A stretch of DNA of 64,000 bases from a virus (Duplodnaviria; Caudoviricetes). Made by a program: the position numbers and the translations under genes. Below, in pieces: positions 34,984 through 45,800 of the stretch. A model generated the notes under the pieces. The model searched no databases. It was not told where the DNA came from and worked only from the letters and a program-made list of their open reading frames with translations. Where the stretch lies: positions 931 through 64,930 of IMG/VR virus record IMGVR_UViG_3300025141_000075; one strand, given 5' to 3'. Numbering within the stretch: the stretch's first letter is position 1; each line of letters starts with the position of its first letter.

Positions 34984-37900
34984 TCAATCCATCTTGCGGC
35001 CGATGTGATCTTCACCAATATTACTGGTTTCTGTGTCGTCTAATTCGTTGAATCCAGTATTAGCTTGATCCATTGCAGATTCGTGCTGCTGGCCGGTTGT
35101 ATATGTTTCGGAAGAATATTCCGTCGCGGCGCCGGACATGGAGGAAGCGGCCTTTCTTAGATATTCATCGTAACTCGCGAAGTCGCGGATGACATCAAAG
35201 CCCGGGATTTGTCTTTCATAACCTCCCTGCGGTGTAGACCCCTCGGGGTAATAGTTGAGGTAACGTTTGGTGTCGTCAACCAGGAAATCAGGGCCGTTGT
35301 AGAGTTTTCCGGCGCCTTTGGGGCTGCCGGAGAACCAGCCATATCTTCTTTCACCCTTTTCGTTGCCTGCTTTTTGTTTGCGTTTTTTGGCGCGGTATCT
35401 ATAAGCTCGTTTAATAAACCTACACTTAATATCGCCCTCGAGGTCGCGACGATAGCTGGCATAAACTGTTGGTTCACCATATTTTTCAACATCATACCAA
35501 TCTACCACATCGTCTTCGTAATGTGGGTCAATCCAAACATAACCGTATTTATCATTGGCAATACCCATGGGATCAATATCTGAAAATTCGTCTTTTACGA
35601 CGTCGTAGTTTTGTGCTTGAAGGCTTGTTTTGCCATATTTGGAGAAATCTTTCTTTGTATTCCAAGCATCCCACCACCAGACGTACCAGCATCCGCCCTG
35701 CCAATTAACTCGCTGGGCCTCATACTCTAATTTTTCCTCGTATACGAGCTTCCTTTCCTCAAAAAGCAGTTTGATATCCTCGGCGACATCTCCGCGGACT
35801 GATTGAAGCGCCTCATGATAGGCAGCTTGTGCATCATTATATCTTGTCTGTTCAGCGTTAATGACACTTATAAATGCATCGCGATCTGATTCAGACTGAT
35901 TAGAATAGGTAGAGTCCGTCCAGCTGTTTTCAAGAGTCAGTGTCTGCACAAATGGAGTAGCAAAGGCGCTTGGGCCGGCATAGCCGCTGTCCGGACAAGC
36001 TCGTGGTTCCGACATATACTTACCGAGAGTAGAAGATTCAGAATAATATGTTTCATAAAAATCAATATAATTATAATAAAAGGCCTTTAAAGCTTCTAGG
36101 GTGCCCGATCTCGGTGATATTTTTTGAACAAGATTGCGCGCAGCTATCAACATCTGCGTTGGATCGCCGGCATACTTATTTGTCATAAAATCTACATTTT
36201 TAATATAGGAGACCGCGGTCATAAGCCATGGCGCTGAACCGGGTGCGGCAGCAAACTCGGCGTCCATAGACTCAGCGAAGAAATCGTTAAATACTCCATC
36301 AATATTATTATAGCTGCACTCCTGTGACGCGTCTAATAAATATGCTCTGAGTGCTTCTCCGAGATAATAATAATGACTAATAAGATCAACCATTACTTGT
36401 TTTGTCCCATCTTGTATGTGTACCTCATAATCATATTTGTCCAAGGTGGGGAGATTGTATTCATGCATGGTGCTATGCTGATCTATATTTTGAAACTCAA
36501 ATGCCATCAGTTTGCCATTATTGTCTGAGGCTTCTTGGGTATCAGCAAGGAATCCCATATTTCTTTCAGTTAAATAATGTTGCAAAATCTTGTTTCTGTT
36601 GGTTGTTACTTTTTCAGGATAGGCTGCCTGAGATACCGTGACGCCCAGTGTGCTCGGTGATGGGCCCGAAGTTCGCTCAACTTGACTAGTGGCAAGATTG
36701 GGATCATAGTTGGTTGCCGGGGACCAGCCCGCAGTTTCTGTCATGTCTCTGGTATATGTAAGAATTGGGCTGTGCGCTCCATCTTGAGCATCTTGGGCGT
36801 CCTTGGGATTAGCTTCTGTTACGGGCATATATTTTTTCAATACTGCTTTTTTGGGTACGAAATACCTTTGTAACAATTCATTGCCAAAATGTTTTTGAAA
36901 ACTTCTAACATTTATCATAGTAGCCAAAAATGAGTTATTAACAATATGTTGTTGCCAGTCATAAAGAAAATATCCAAAACTAACATTATATTCTTCTTTA
37001 GCAAAATAGTTTGTCTGGAATAACCCAGCGTACGCCGGATCATCAACGGTGATTGTTTTTCTGCCTAACAAGGTATCCATATAAATTACGAGATAACCTT
37101 CTTCGTTGATCTCAAAATTGTAGTTGACGTTTCCAGCCTGTGTACCGCCCGTGGCAGATCTGGCATATCGATCCTTCAACTCACCGACTCCGACCTCGCC
37201 CGGGCCAAATTCAGCTCCAGTTTGGCCAACGAAAGGAGTATCATCTAAATAATCCGCTAATTTTACCCTATATGATGGCTCATCTGTCCAAACAATACTT
37301 CTCCCTAAATTAAAGTTTTTCAACAACTCTTCGGCCGCCAAGGGTCTTGGATTCGGCAATTCATAGCCGGCCCTTTTAAACTTTCTTTCGTCCATGACTT
37401 TAGCATTAATAGTCAATTTCTTCGTTAGAGGGGTTCCAGAGATTATGACACTGTTGGCTCTATTTAATAATTCTCCAGAATCACTGTAAAATGCGCCCGT
37501 TTTAGTACCAGATGAGCGATCCAAAATAGTACGGCGGGCTTGTGCGAGGCGCGGTACAAGATTTGGGGATTTCGCGTATTTTGTTAAGGCATAACTGACT
37601 GATTCTAACGATGCTTCAAGCATTGGATCCGCGCTATCACTATCGTTTAATGGTCGTGCGCCGCCGACGGAGGTGGCTATAACATCCAATCGTTTAAATG
37701 GTGATATTAATTTATGATATCTGTCTATAAGCATCTTAAATTCAGACGCAATTATTTTATGATTTGTGGTATCAGCTTTATAATATTTACCATTTAGTCC
37801 TCGTAAGGGAGCTTGGCCATAGATTTCATTATTTGCATCAAAAAAACTATATTCAATTTGCGAGTCACTAACTGCGCCGTCAATAAGAACATGCTCGTAA

Positions 37901-38787
37901 GCCACATCACCGAATGCCATGGAGAGAGCAGCGTTTGTTTTAATATTTGAGGTCCGGAGTTGTTCTGGCGTCAAAATGCTGGAAAATGCTAAAATATTCA
38001 CATTGGCATTATGAGATTCTGCGTACCGATATTTAAGAAGGTGCTCGTAGTCTTCCGGGTATCTATCATACATCAATCGTTCGCCAGAGGTCAACGGAAC
38101 CTGTTCCGGAACTTTAACAACGGTTTGATGGTTTTGAACAGTCTGCACCTTCAGGATTTTTTGGCCGTCTTTAGAATAAAATGTAGTATATTGACCTTCG
38201 TCTATTGCTCTCATGATATCTTCTTTTGAGATGTGTATTATATCATATGAAACACCTTTATTCGGAGCGTCAGGATCGAAACCTATTGTGTGGGCGCCTA
38301 TGTTTTGGTAAGAAGTTGGCGGTGGGTCTTTCAATAATTCAACCAAAATGGAGCTATCATATAATAATAGAGACAACTCATCAACAGCATCTTCAGCGTC
38401 TCTGAAATCAACACCTGTGGCCTTTTTATATTTTTTCATCGTCTCCTCGTGGTCTGTTCTGGGGCTGACAAGGTGCTCTTTTGTTTTCTTTTCAAGCGTA
38501 TAGAATAGATCGGGACCGTGAGATGTGGACTTGGTAACAATATAATAAAATTGTAACTTATTAACTATGTCTTTAACAAAGTTGATATCGTTATTTGGCA
38601 TAACAGGATCGTGTTCCGGCACCGTAAACAGGAGAGAAGATCTAATTTCCATAATGAAAGCGCCGCGGAGCGATTCACCGGTTATGGAATGGGTCGGGCT
38701 TCTTAATGTAACCAAATCAATGTAAGGAGTTGGAAAAAATTCCCCAAAGTTCTTATTTAAATCGCCAGTGTATACTAATCTAGACAT
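34984..38787 (-). CDS. Large hypothetical (likely virion) protein
   Basis: 1267 aa in the baseplate region; aromatic/basic patch near the C-terminus. Confidence 0.7.
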   Translation of the reverse strand: MSRLVYTGDLNKNFGEFFPTPYIDLVTLRSPTHSITGESLRGAFIMEIRSSLLFTVPEHDPVMPNNDINFVKDIVNKLQFYYIVTKSTSHGPDLFYTLEKKTKEHLVSPRTDHEETMKKYKKATGVDFRDAEDAVDELSLLLYDSSILVELLKDPPPTSYQNIGAHTIGFDPDAPNKGVSYDIIHISKEDIMRAIDEGQYTTFYSKDGQKILKVQTVQNHQTVVKVPEQVPLTSGERLMYDRYPEDYEHLLKYRYAESHNANVNILAFSSILTPEQLRTSNIKTNAALSMAFGDVAYEHVLIDGAVSDSQIEYSFFDANNEIYGQAPLRGLNGKYYKADTTNHKIIASEFKMLIDRYHKLISPFKRLDVIATSVGGARPLNDSDSADPMLEASLESVSYALTKYAKSPNLVPRLAQARRTILDRSSGTKTGAFYSDSGELLNRANSVIISGTPLTKKLTINAKVMDERKFKRAGYELPNPRPLAAEELLKNFNLGRSIVWTDEPSYRVKLADYLDDTPFVGQTGAEFGPGEVGVGELKDRYARSATGGTQAGNVNYNFEINEEGYLVIYMDTLLGRKTITVDDPAYAGLFQTNYFAKEEYNVSFGYFLYDWQQHIVNNSFLATMINVRSFQKHFGNELLQRYFVPKKAVLKKYMPVTEANPKDAQDAQDGAHSPILTYTRDMTETAGWSPATNYDPNLATSQVERTSGPSPSTLGVTVSQAAYPEKVTTNRNKILQHYLTERNMGFLADTQEASDNNGKLMAFEFQNIDQHSTMHEYNLPTLDKYDYEVHIQDGTKQVMVDLISHYYYLGEALRAYLLDASQECSYNNIDGVFNDFFAESMDAEFAAAPGSAPWLMTAVSYIKNVDFMTNKYAGDPTQMLIAARNLVQKISPRSGTLEALKAFYYNYIDFYETYYSESSTLGKYMSEPRACPDSGYAGPSAFATPFVQTLTLENSWTDSTYSNQSESDRDAFISVINAEQTRYNDAQAAYHEALQSVRGDVAEDIKLLFEERKLVYEEKLEYEAQRVNWQGGCWYVWWWDAWNTKKDFSKYGKTSLQAQNYDVVKDEFSDIDPMGIANDKYGYVWIDPHYEDDVVDWYDVEKYGEPTVYASYRRDLEGDIKCRFIKRAYRYRAKKRKQKAGNEKGERRYGWFSGSPKGAGKLYNGPDFLVDDTKRYLNYYPEGSTPQGGYERQIPGFDVIRDFASYDEYLRKAASSMSGAATEYSSETYTTGQQHESAMDQANTGFNELDDTETSNIGEDHIGRKMD

Positions 38788-39833
38788 ATCTCAGCCTCCG
38801 ACACGCTGCCATAAATATCAAACAATAAATCTTCCTCATCTCCAGGATTATCACAATTAAAGTCCAAATCAACATAATAAGAATCTTTGTTAAAATTAGA
38901 AGCTGCCTTACACGCGTAGTAGCTTGGAATATCAGCGTCAAGCACTAAATCAAAGTAGTATTTAACATCTTGGGGACTTAAAGTGCTGCCAACATCGTCG
39001 CGATCCAAATATGACCCCTCAACAGTTTCTTCCGGCAAACTTTCATCCGCATTTGTGGGCATTGTCATATAGCCATCAATAATCTGAGGAGGGATCTTGG
39101 GGAAATATTTTCTCTTAAGGTGCTGAAATTCTTCTCCTACTACTTTATCGCTGAATTCAAATACTTCTATTTCAAAATTTTTAGTCAGCAACTCTGTGTT
39201 CATTTCTTCAATGTAAAAGAGGGAATCGTCTCTTTCTAGAAAAATTATCTTTTTATCTATAAACTCAGTCGTTGCTAACTCAAAGTCTCTTGGTTCAATA
39301 GAGTTGTATGAATCATTATAATATGATTCAGCCGTCATGGTTCTTAGGGTATAACTGGCAGTCAGATGTAGTTGCGGAACCCTAGAATTATTTTGAGCAT
39401 CTAAAAAGCTGCTAGATAGAATCTTATTGTGGAGAGATACCACTTTCCACGCCGGCGCCACTTGGGCACCGCCTTGAAGATACGCATCCCCCAATACTTG
39501 ATCGAATCTAAAAATATCTTTTCGAGGCGATTCTAAAGATGGTTCAATATCAACAGTAAAAAAGTTAATCTCTCCTACGCCATCGCGATTATTAATTTCT
39601 TCAAGATCACGAAATAGAGTCAAGCCTTCCAAATATTGTGTTTCTTCTTTAATTCGCTTGCGCGTTTCATTCTGAACTTCGGCAAGGCCGGCGTATTGCG
39701 AATCATATAATATATTATCATCAAAGAACGCATAATAAATAGGTTTAAAGTTACCACGACCAAGGAGGTGTTTGCCATAAGATGTTAGCTTAAAATCAAT
39801 TACATCCTGTTTTTTATTTAGAAATCTTGCCAT
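38775..39833 (-). CDS. Virion protein, N-terminus similar to 28895..29926
   Basis: DFKLTSYGKHLL...YYAFFDDNILY; preceded by ACTAATTA (39849-39856). Confidence 0.7.
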   Translation of the reverse strand: MARFLNKKQDVIDFKLTSYGKHLLGRGNFKPIYYAFFDDNILYDSQYAGLAEVQNETRKRIKEETQYLEGLTLFRDLEEINNRDGVGEINFFTVDIEPSLESPRKDIFRFDQVLGDAYLQGGAQVAPAWKVVSLHNKILSSSFLDAQNNSRVPQLHLTASYTLRTMTAESYYNDSYNSIEPRDFELATTEFIDKKIIFLERDDSLFYIEEMNTELLTKNFEIEVFEFSDKVVGEEFQHLKRKYFPKIPPQIIDGYMTMPTNADESLPEETVEGSYLDRDDVGSTLSPQDVKYYFDLVLDADIPSYYACKAASNFNKDSYYVDLDFNCDNPGDEEDLLFDIYGSVSEAEICLD

Positions 39834-39868
39834 TTTTGAATCCTTTATTAATTAGTCGCTTGTGAAAG

Positions 39869-42800
39869 TTAGTTGGAGAATCGTAGGGGGGTCCATACGA
39901 TTCCTCCTGTGCCGCCGCCGGATGGTGGTGGCGGTGGTGGTGGAGCGCCGCCGCCGGATGGTGGTGGCGGTGGTGGTGGCGGAGAAGAGCCGGGTGGTGG
40001 TGGCGGGGCCCCCCCGGGGATAGAAGGAGACATATCTCTAATTGCGGCGGTCGCTGCGGCTTTGGTAGAATATACCTGTGGTAATATTTGTGCTTGTTGT
40101 TTAATAAGATTCAGCGTATCCACCGGGGGTGATAAGACAGGCGTAGTAGTGGCAGATGAGGCTTGCTCTCTAATTAAAGATACACCCCTATTTGATTCAT
40201 CATCAAACAATATTTCAATATCAACCTTAATACCTTCAACAATCGACACAAAGTCGTAAGGCCAGTTATATTGAACTTCATATGCTTGCACTGGGGGTTG
40301 GGCCGGTTGGGCTTCACCGGGAGCCCCGGATGTGCCGGTTTCTTCCTCAGCAGTGTTGCTTCCTGCTCCTGTCCCCCAGCCCCCGGGGTTTACCATGCCC
40401 GGGACGTCTGCGCCAAGTACAATGCCTTGGCCCGGCCATCGGGATCGGGCGCCGGAGGGACCAACAAATTGAATGCCTGTGACTTTGCCAAAAGAATCTT
40501 TAGCTTGCTCTAATACATGACTGTTATACTCTCCAACGGCTTTTTGTTTGACCTTGAATGCCATAAAACGTACATCGGGTGTTTCAATCCCTAGGGCCTC
40601 ACTAGTGCCTAAGAGATGACTAGCGTTCAATAATTCGCTGGTATCTAAGCTGTGTGCGATTGATTGTTCTTCAAATCTAATTTTCTTATAGTCTGCCGGA
40701 GCGAGATTCTGCCAGATGTAAGACAAGTCATTTTTATGGAATTTGTGAGAAAACTCAAAAATATACATTACAATTGGTGTAGTTTCAGGATTTCTAATAA
40801 AGTCAAACTCTGGTGGTAATATATACTTATCCATCTTAGCAATGAGTTTTCTAATTGATTCTCCAGCAACATCTATATTAGCACCCGTCGCACTTTGGGC
40901 ATTGGCAGAAATAGCTGCCTGAACCGCAAGCATCGGAATGCCAAAGAACTGTTTAGCAGCGTTTAAAGACACGTCATCGGCCGCTTCAGGGTGTGTTGAA
41001 AGCGTCGTATCAAATTCTTTGGTTGTTATATATGGGATTAACACAACCGCTTCTTTTATTGTCCGGGTGGGCGCGAGTTCGCCAAGTCTTCTCCTTCTAT
41101 TTATTGGTGTGAAGCCAAGCCGGCTCGTGAGAGATTTAAATTTATTTTTTATTGAATTACCGTTTGATCCGGGGTCGGAGACAATGCCCGGGTTGCCTTT
41201 ATTATAAATACTGGCGTCGTTTACCACATTATAGTGATGTGCTAACCAGTTCTTTGGAATATCACCAATTTCCATAAATATTCCTTTTTTCTTATTAGGT
41301 TCAATAATTCCAAATTGGTGCCACATTCCGCGGGGGACTGAGCCAGATCCAAATACTTCCGGTATTGTTAAAGATCCGGATGCTGCGCTGACTCTGCGAT
41401 AATTAGAGTTAAAGTTCAGCATCGGGGTCTCGAATTTTGGTTTAATAACCCACCGCATAGCTTTTGTCTCGTTGCGTGTTTCTTGTAGAAGTTCAAGGGC
41501 ATCATTAGTCTGGAAGGGTATTCTTTCAATACCAAACATATTTACACTAGCACTCAATTGAACAGCTTGGTTGTTGATATTTCGTGCACCACCGACGTAT
41601 GATAAAGAATGACCAGTTGGGCGGCGCACATCATGCATAAATGCTGGCCTTGTATAAGCTGCATTAGAATATTTAATTTCGGGGCCCGGGTCGGCGCGCC
41701 AATAAACAGTTTCTGCTCTGGCTAAGATCTCATCGATAGCATATTTTCTAGTTTCATGTGGATAAAATAAGATGTCGGCCCATGCCTCACCATGATAATA
41801 AGGTGGGGTAAATGACCAGTTATATCCATTTACGCAGTCCATTGCACCAGAAAAAGAAGCGCTGATAAATTCATCTTCATCCGCGCCGCGGCCGGCCACC
41901 GGGGGACCAAAGGCCGTAGGCCTACTGTACATTGTGAATGTTTCGTTCACGCCAGAATTATCGGATGGATTAGGATCTTGAGGGAGTGGATATTCGCCGG
42001 AGCCAAATCTAGTGCCTTGTTGGTTGGCGGCTGCATCGCCCCCATTTGAACCACTGTTGGCAAGTAATCGCCTACCACCTGTCTTGCCCAAAGAAGCCGA
42101 AGCATTAACATCTGTAACGGTATGGAGACTGGAGTGTCCGCCTGTGCCGGCTTCCAACAACCTATAGCCTGCATTATCAAAGTCCATCCCGTAGTGTTTT
42201 GTTCCGTTCGTGGAGCGGTACATTTTAAGGCGGGCGCCCCATAGGGTACCACTTTGGAAGAAAAGGCCGTCGCTCGGTATTTCAGCTGATTTCATCTGTG
42301 TGAAGTCTCCGCCTCGTAAGAAAAAGTTTGCTGTTTCGCCAAAAAAGTTCCGGGCCGCTAATTTATACGTGAAGTCGCTGTCAGTCGTTAAAGAGGCTGT
42401 GAAAGGTGATGAGGATGAGACTGCCACCTCTAAATCACTTATTTTTTTATTCAGCAAATACTCAGCAGGATCTAATAGTGTTTCAAACGGAAGTCTATCA
42501 TCCCAGAATGGACCCTCAGTCCAACTGGACTCGTCCATTAAACTAACGGTGCCAGCACCAAAGGGTGAACCTTGTGATCCGGCATATGCCCTTATAGAGC
42601 CACTTCTATTTTTATCTTTCAAAGCATAAATATAATTTGGCTTTGTGGTGGTACCGTACAAGATCGGATGATCAACGGCCATACCAGATTTAATACTATT
42701 ATAAAGGAGCCCGGGATTAAATAAAGGCCCTACTACCGGGCGAATCTGGGCGAATAAATCTTTGTTATAACCAGCGCTGAGGTCGATCTCCTTAGTGATC

Positions 42801-45800
42801 AGAGGCCCCGTGTTCAGATCGGAGCCCGAATAATATGTTAGCGATGGAAGGATACTATCTTTAAAATCGTCATAAAATATTGAAACCAAATCAAGTGTGC
42901 GCTGGGCAGGGTAGAAACCCTTATAAGGATTGAATTTTTTAACTGCCGCGACGGTGATTCTAATCTCTTTAGGTGTCATCGTCGTTTTGGCTTTTAAGGC
43001 CCGGGCATACATTAGTTTTTCTGAGTTTGTGTAATCCCTGTAGAATGATGAGGTTACTGCCCTCATTGCTGTTCCGGGGATTTCAAGATAATCCTGAAAT
43101 TTTGACCAGTGGTTTCTCAATAAATCTGGCACGTGTTGACTCATTCTAAATTCTGGCACAATTGCGTAATCTTTTGCCAATACCCGTATATCATCGCGGA
43201 AATCTTGGTAATTGTCATACCATGGTTTAGATTTGCGTGAATGAAATACTGGGTGAAGTTTCATATCTAATGATCTTGACAACTGAATATAGCCAGCTTG
43301 CTCATCAGCCTCCCACAAGGCTTCGCCCGAAAAAGGTTCAACAGTATTAACAATCTCTGGGTTGGCTGCCATGTTTGCGACCCCTGTGGAGTCCAGAGAC
43401 GCTTGAGTTCCTTTTTCCGGGATGGACATACCGGAGGGAGGAACAACAGATCCAATATTTGGTAGCATTTGTTTTCTTGTATACAAAGCGCCGTTGGAGA
43501 GTTGAAATCTCATATCAAGATTGCGGAACGCGAAGGCCAGGGCGGCTTTGATCGCGGACGGTGCACCAGAATCAGCCGGCGCTTGTTCAAATTCTGCCAG
43601 ATCTTGGTCAAAGAAATACTGTGTGTAATTATTCTGTAGTTCTCCCGCTTTTCCGTAAGCGATCAAACTATCTTGTGGCGAAATATAGGCGCCCATGCCG
43701 GTTAAAGAACCAGTACGAGTCAAGAAATCTTCTTGTGCATCTAAACACCAAGCGCTTTGACTCAGAAGATTGTGATGTGTTCCGAGGTTGCCTTCGCGCG
43801 TGCCAGCAGAATTAGCAAAAGTGGAGCCCAAAGTAACACGATCCGCTATGAGATCTCTCCAGAACAAGTTGTCATAATTCGTTCTTCTTCTCGATGATGA
43901 AACGAATTCCATGCGTTGTGATGGGAAAATATTTTCTGTATATATCAGGTAATTTGGATCAGCCCAGCCAATAGATTCACCATCCATAGTCGCCATAAGA
44001 TAATCAAAAGGTGTTAATATTTCATGGGGATTTATATCGGTGTAAGTGTTTAAACCATTAGAATTAAAAAATATTTTATTATTATTATCTGTCGCCTTTA
44101 AAGTAATTGAATTACCTAGAGGTGAGGCACCCATTCCGCATGGGGTCGTTTCTACACTTGGTGTATAATTAATGATCGTAGGGCGCCCCCTCATTGACAC
44201 TGGCGGCAACGTGAAATTAGTCATCGCATATGTTCTTTCTTGTCCCGTTATGGTGTGTTCAGGATTCCAAGTTGGGGGCCACGGTGATAATACCCACGCG
44301 CCGCGATAAACATCCCTCATAGCATGGGTTATGACTGAAATTTCACTTGATGATCTTTCGTTACGTAACACTGGGTGGTTGGGGTTGCGTCTAAACTGAG
44401 CGTGTGTTCCGTATCCATATGGGCCGTTGCGTTTAAGCATCAGGGTGTTAAACATATACCCTTGCATTTGCCATGAAGTCCAATCACCTTGAGGGCCACC
44501 GGAATAAGAACCAGAGGTAGAGCCACGAATAGTTGTGGATGTTGCATCATTTATAAGTGCGCCTTGGCCCTTATAAGATCTGTTCATGTAATGAGGTGTT
44601 TGATCCAGCGTCGTGGATGAAGATGGGAACCAATGACCAGTAGTTCCTTTTGAACGTTCAAATAGTGGAGTTCCTTTAGGGTATCCCAGCATGTTCGAAG
44701 ATGCGGTGATGGGTTCATAAATAATTGTGTTGAGGCCAACAAAATCTTGCGGAGTAAAGGATTCTTTTACTCTCGTACTATAACTCATAGCCCATTTTTT
44801 AGTAGCACCGAATCTTCTGCTGGCGCTGCCACCACCGTTGTATATACCAACTTCACCGCCGCTAATCATCGTCATCCATGGCTCCCAGCCAGAAGATGCA
44901 GAATATCTACCTTGCTGTTCGCCAAATAAAGGCATATACCCAGAGTATCTAAAGTTATGACTGCATGGGTCTGTGTGTTCCATAGCACCCGTCATCCATG
45001 TGTATTGACGATCTCCGCGAGGGATTTGGTGATGCTGATTAAGGTTGTCGTAATGATTTCCACAGGAATAAGTCATAGAGGAAGAATAACCAAGGACTGC
45101 CGGCGTGCAGCCGTCAAGGGGCGCAGGATAATGGCCACCTGCCCCAGCGCCTTCATCAATCACTAATGCTGTATTTTCTGTGATTGTGGCATACGCCAAG
45201 GGGAATAAATGATTTCCTGCTGTATGTGAATTCCATATAGCGTTTGAAGATGAATTAAAAGCTTTGGGATTACTTTTGTCAATAGCATCTGTTTGGTTGC
45301 CATCTCCAAGTTTGTACCAAGCAAATAAATGTGACCCGCTAGCACCATATACTGAAGATGCTGTAATATCACAAGGGATTCCACTATTATATAATGCTGT
45401 AACTTCAGAAGCGCTTAGTGCAACGGCCCATAGAGATATCTGGTCCATGGCACCGGTGTGGTTTTGAGTCCCGATGGATGTTCTAGAACAATCTGTTCCA
45501 AAACCCATTACCGAATCACTGTCTCTCGGGACCGCACTCAAGACAGAATATGAACTATCAATTTTTTGATCGAAGTATTCACGTGGGGATGTGTTCTCTA
45601 CAACTATCTGCGATTCTCCGTTAAAATATATTGATGGGAAACTGGGGCCATTGACTCCAGCAGAGACAGGCAGCGATACTGCAACATGTACCCAACTTCC
45701 GTTGTTTAAATTGGCAGCTTGACCTATCGTTCCCGTGGTTGAAACCAGATATTTAGCGCGAGTATGGCTTCCACCATGACCGGTGGCTTGGTTTCTCGTT

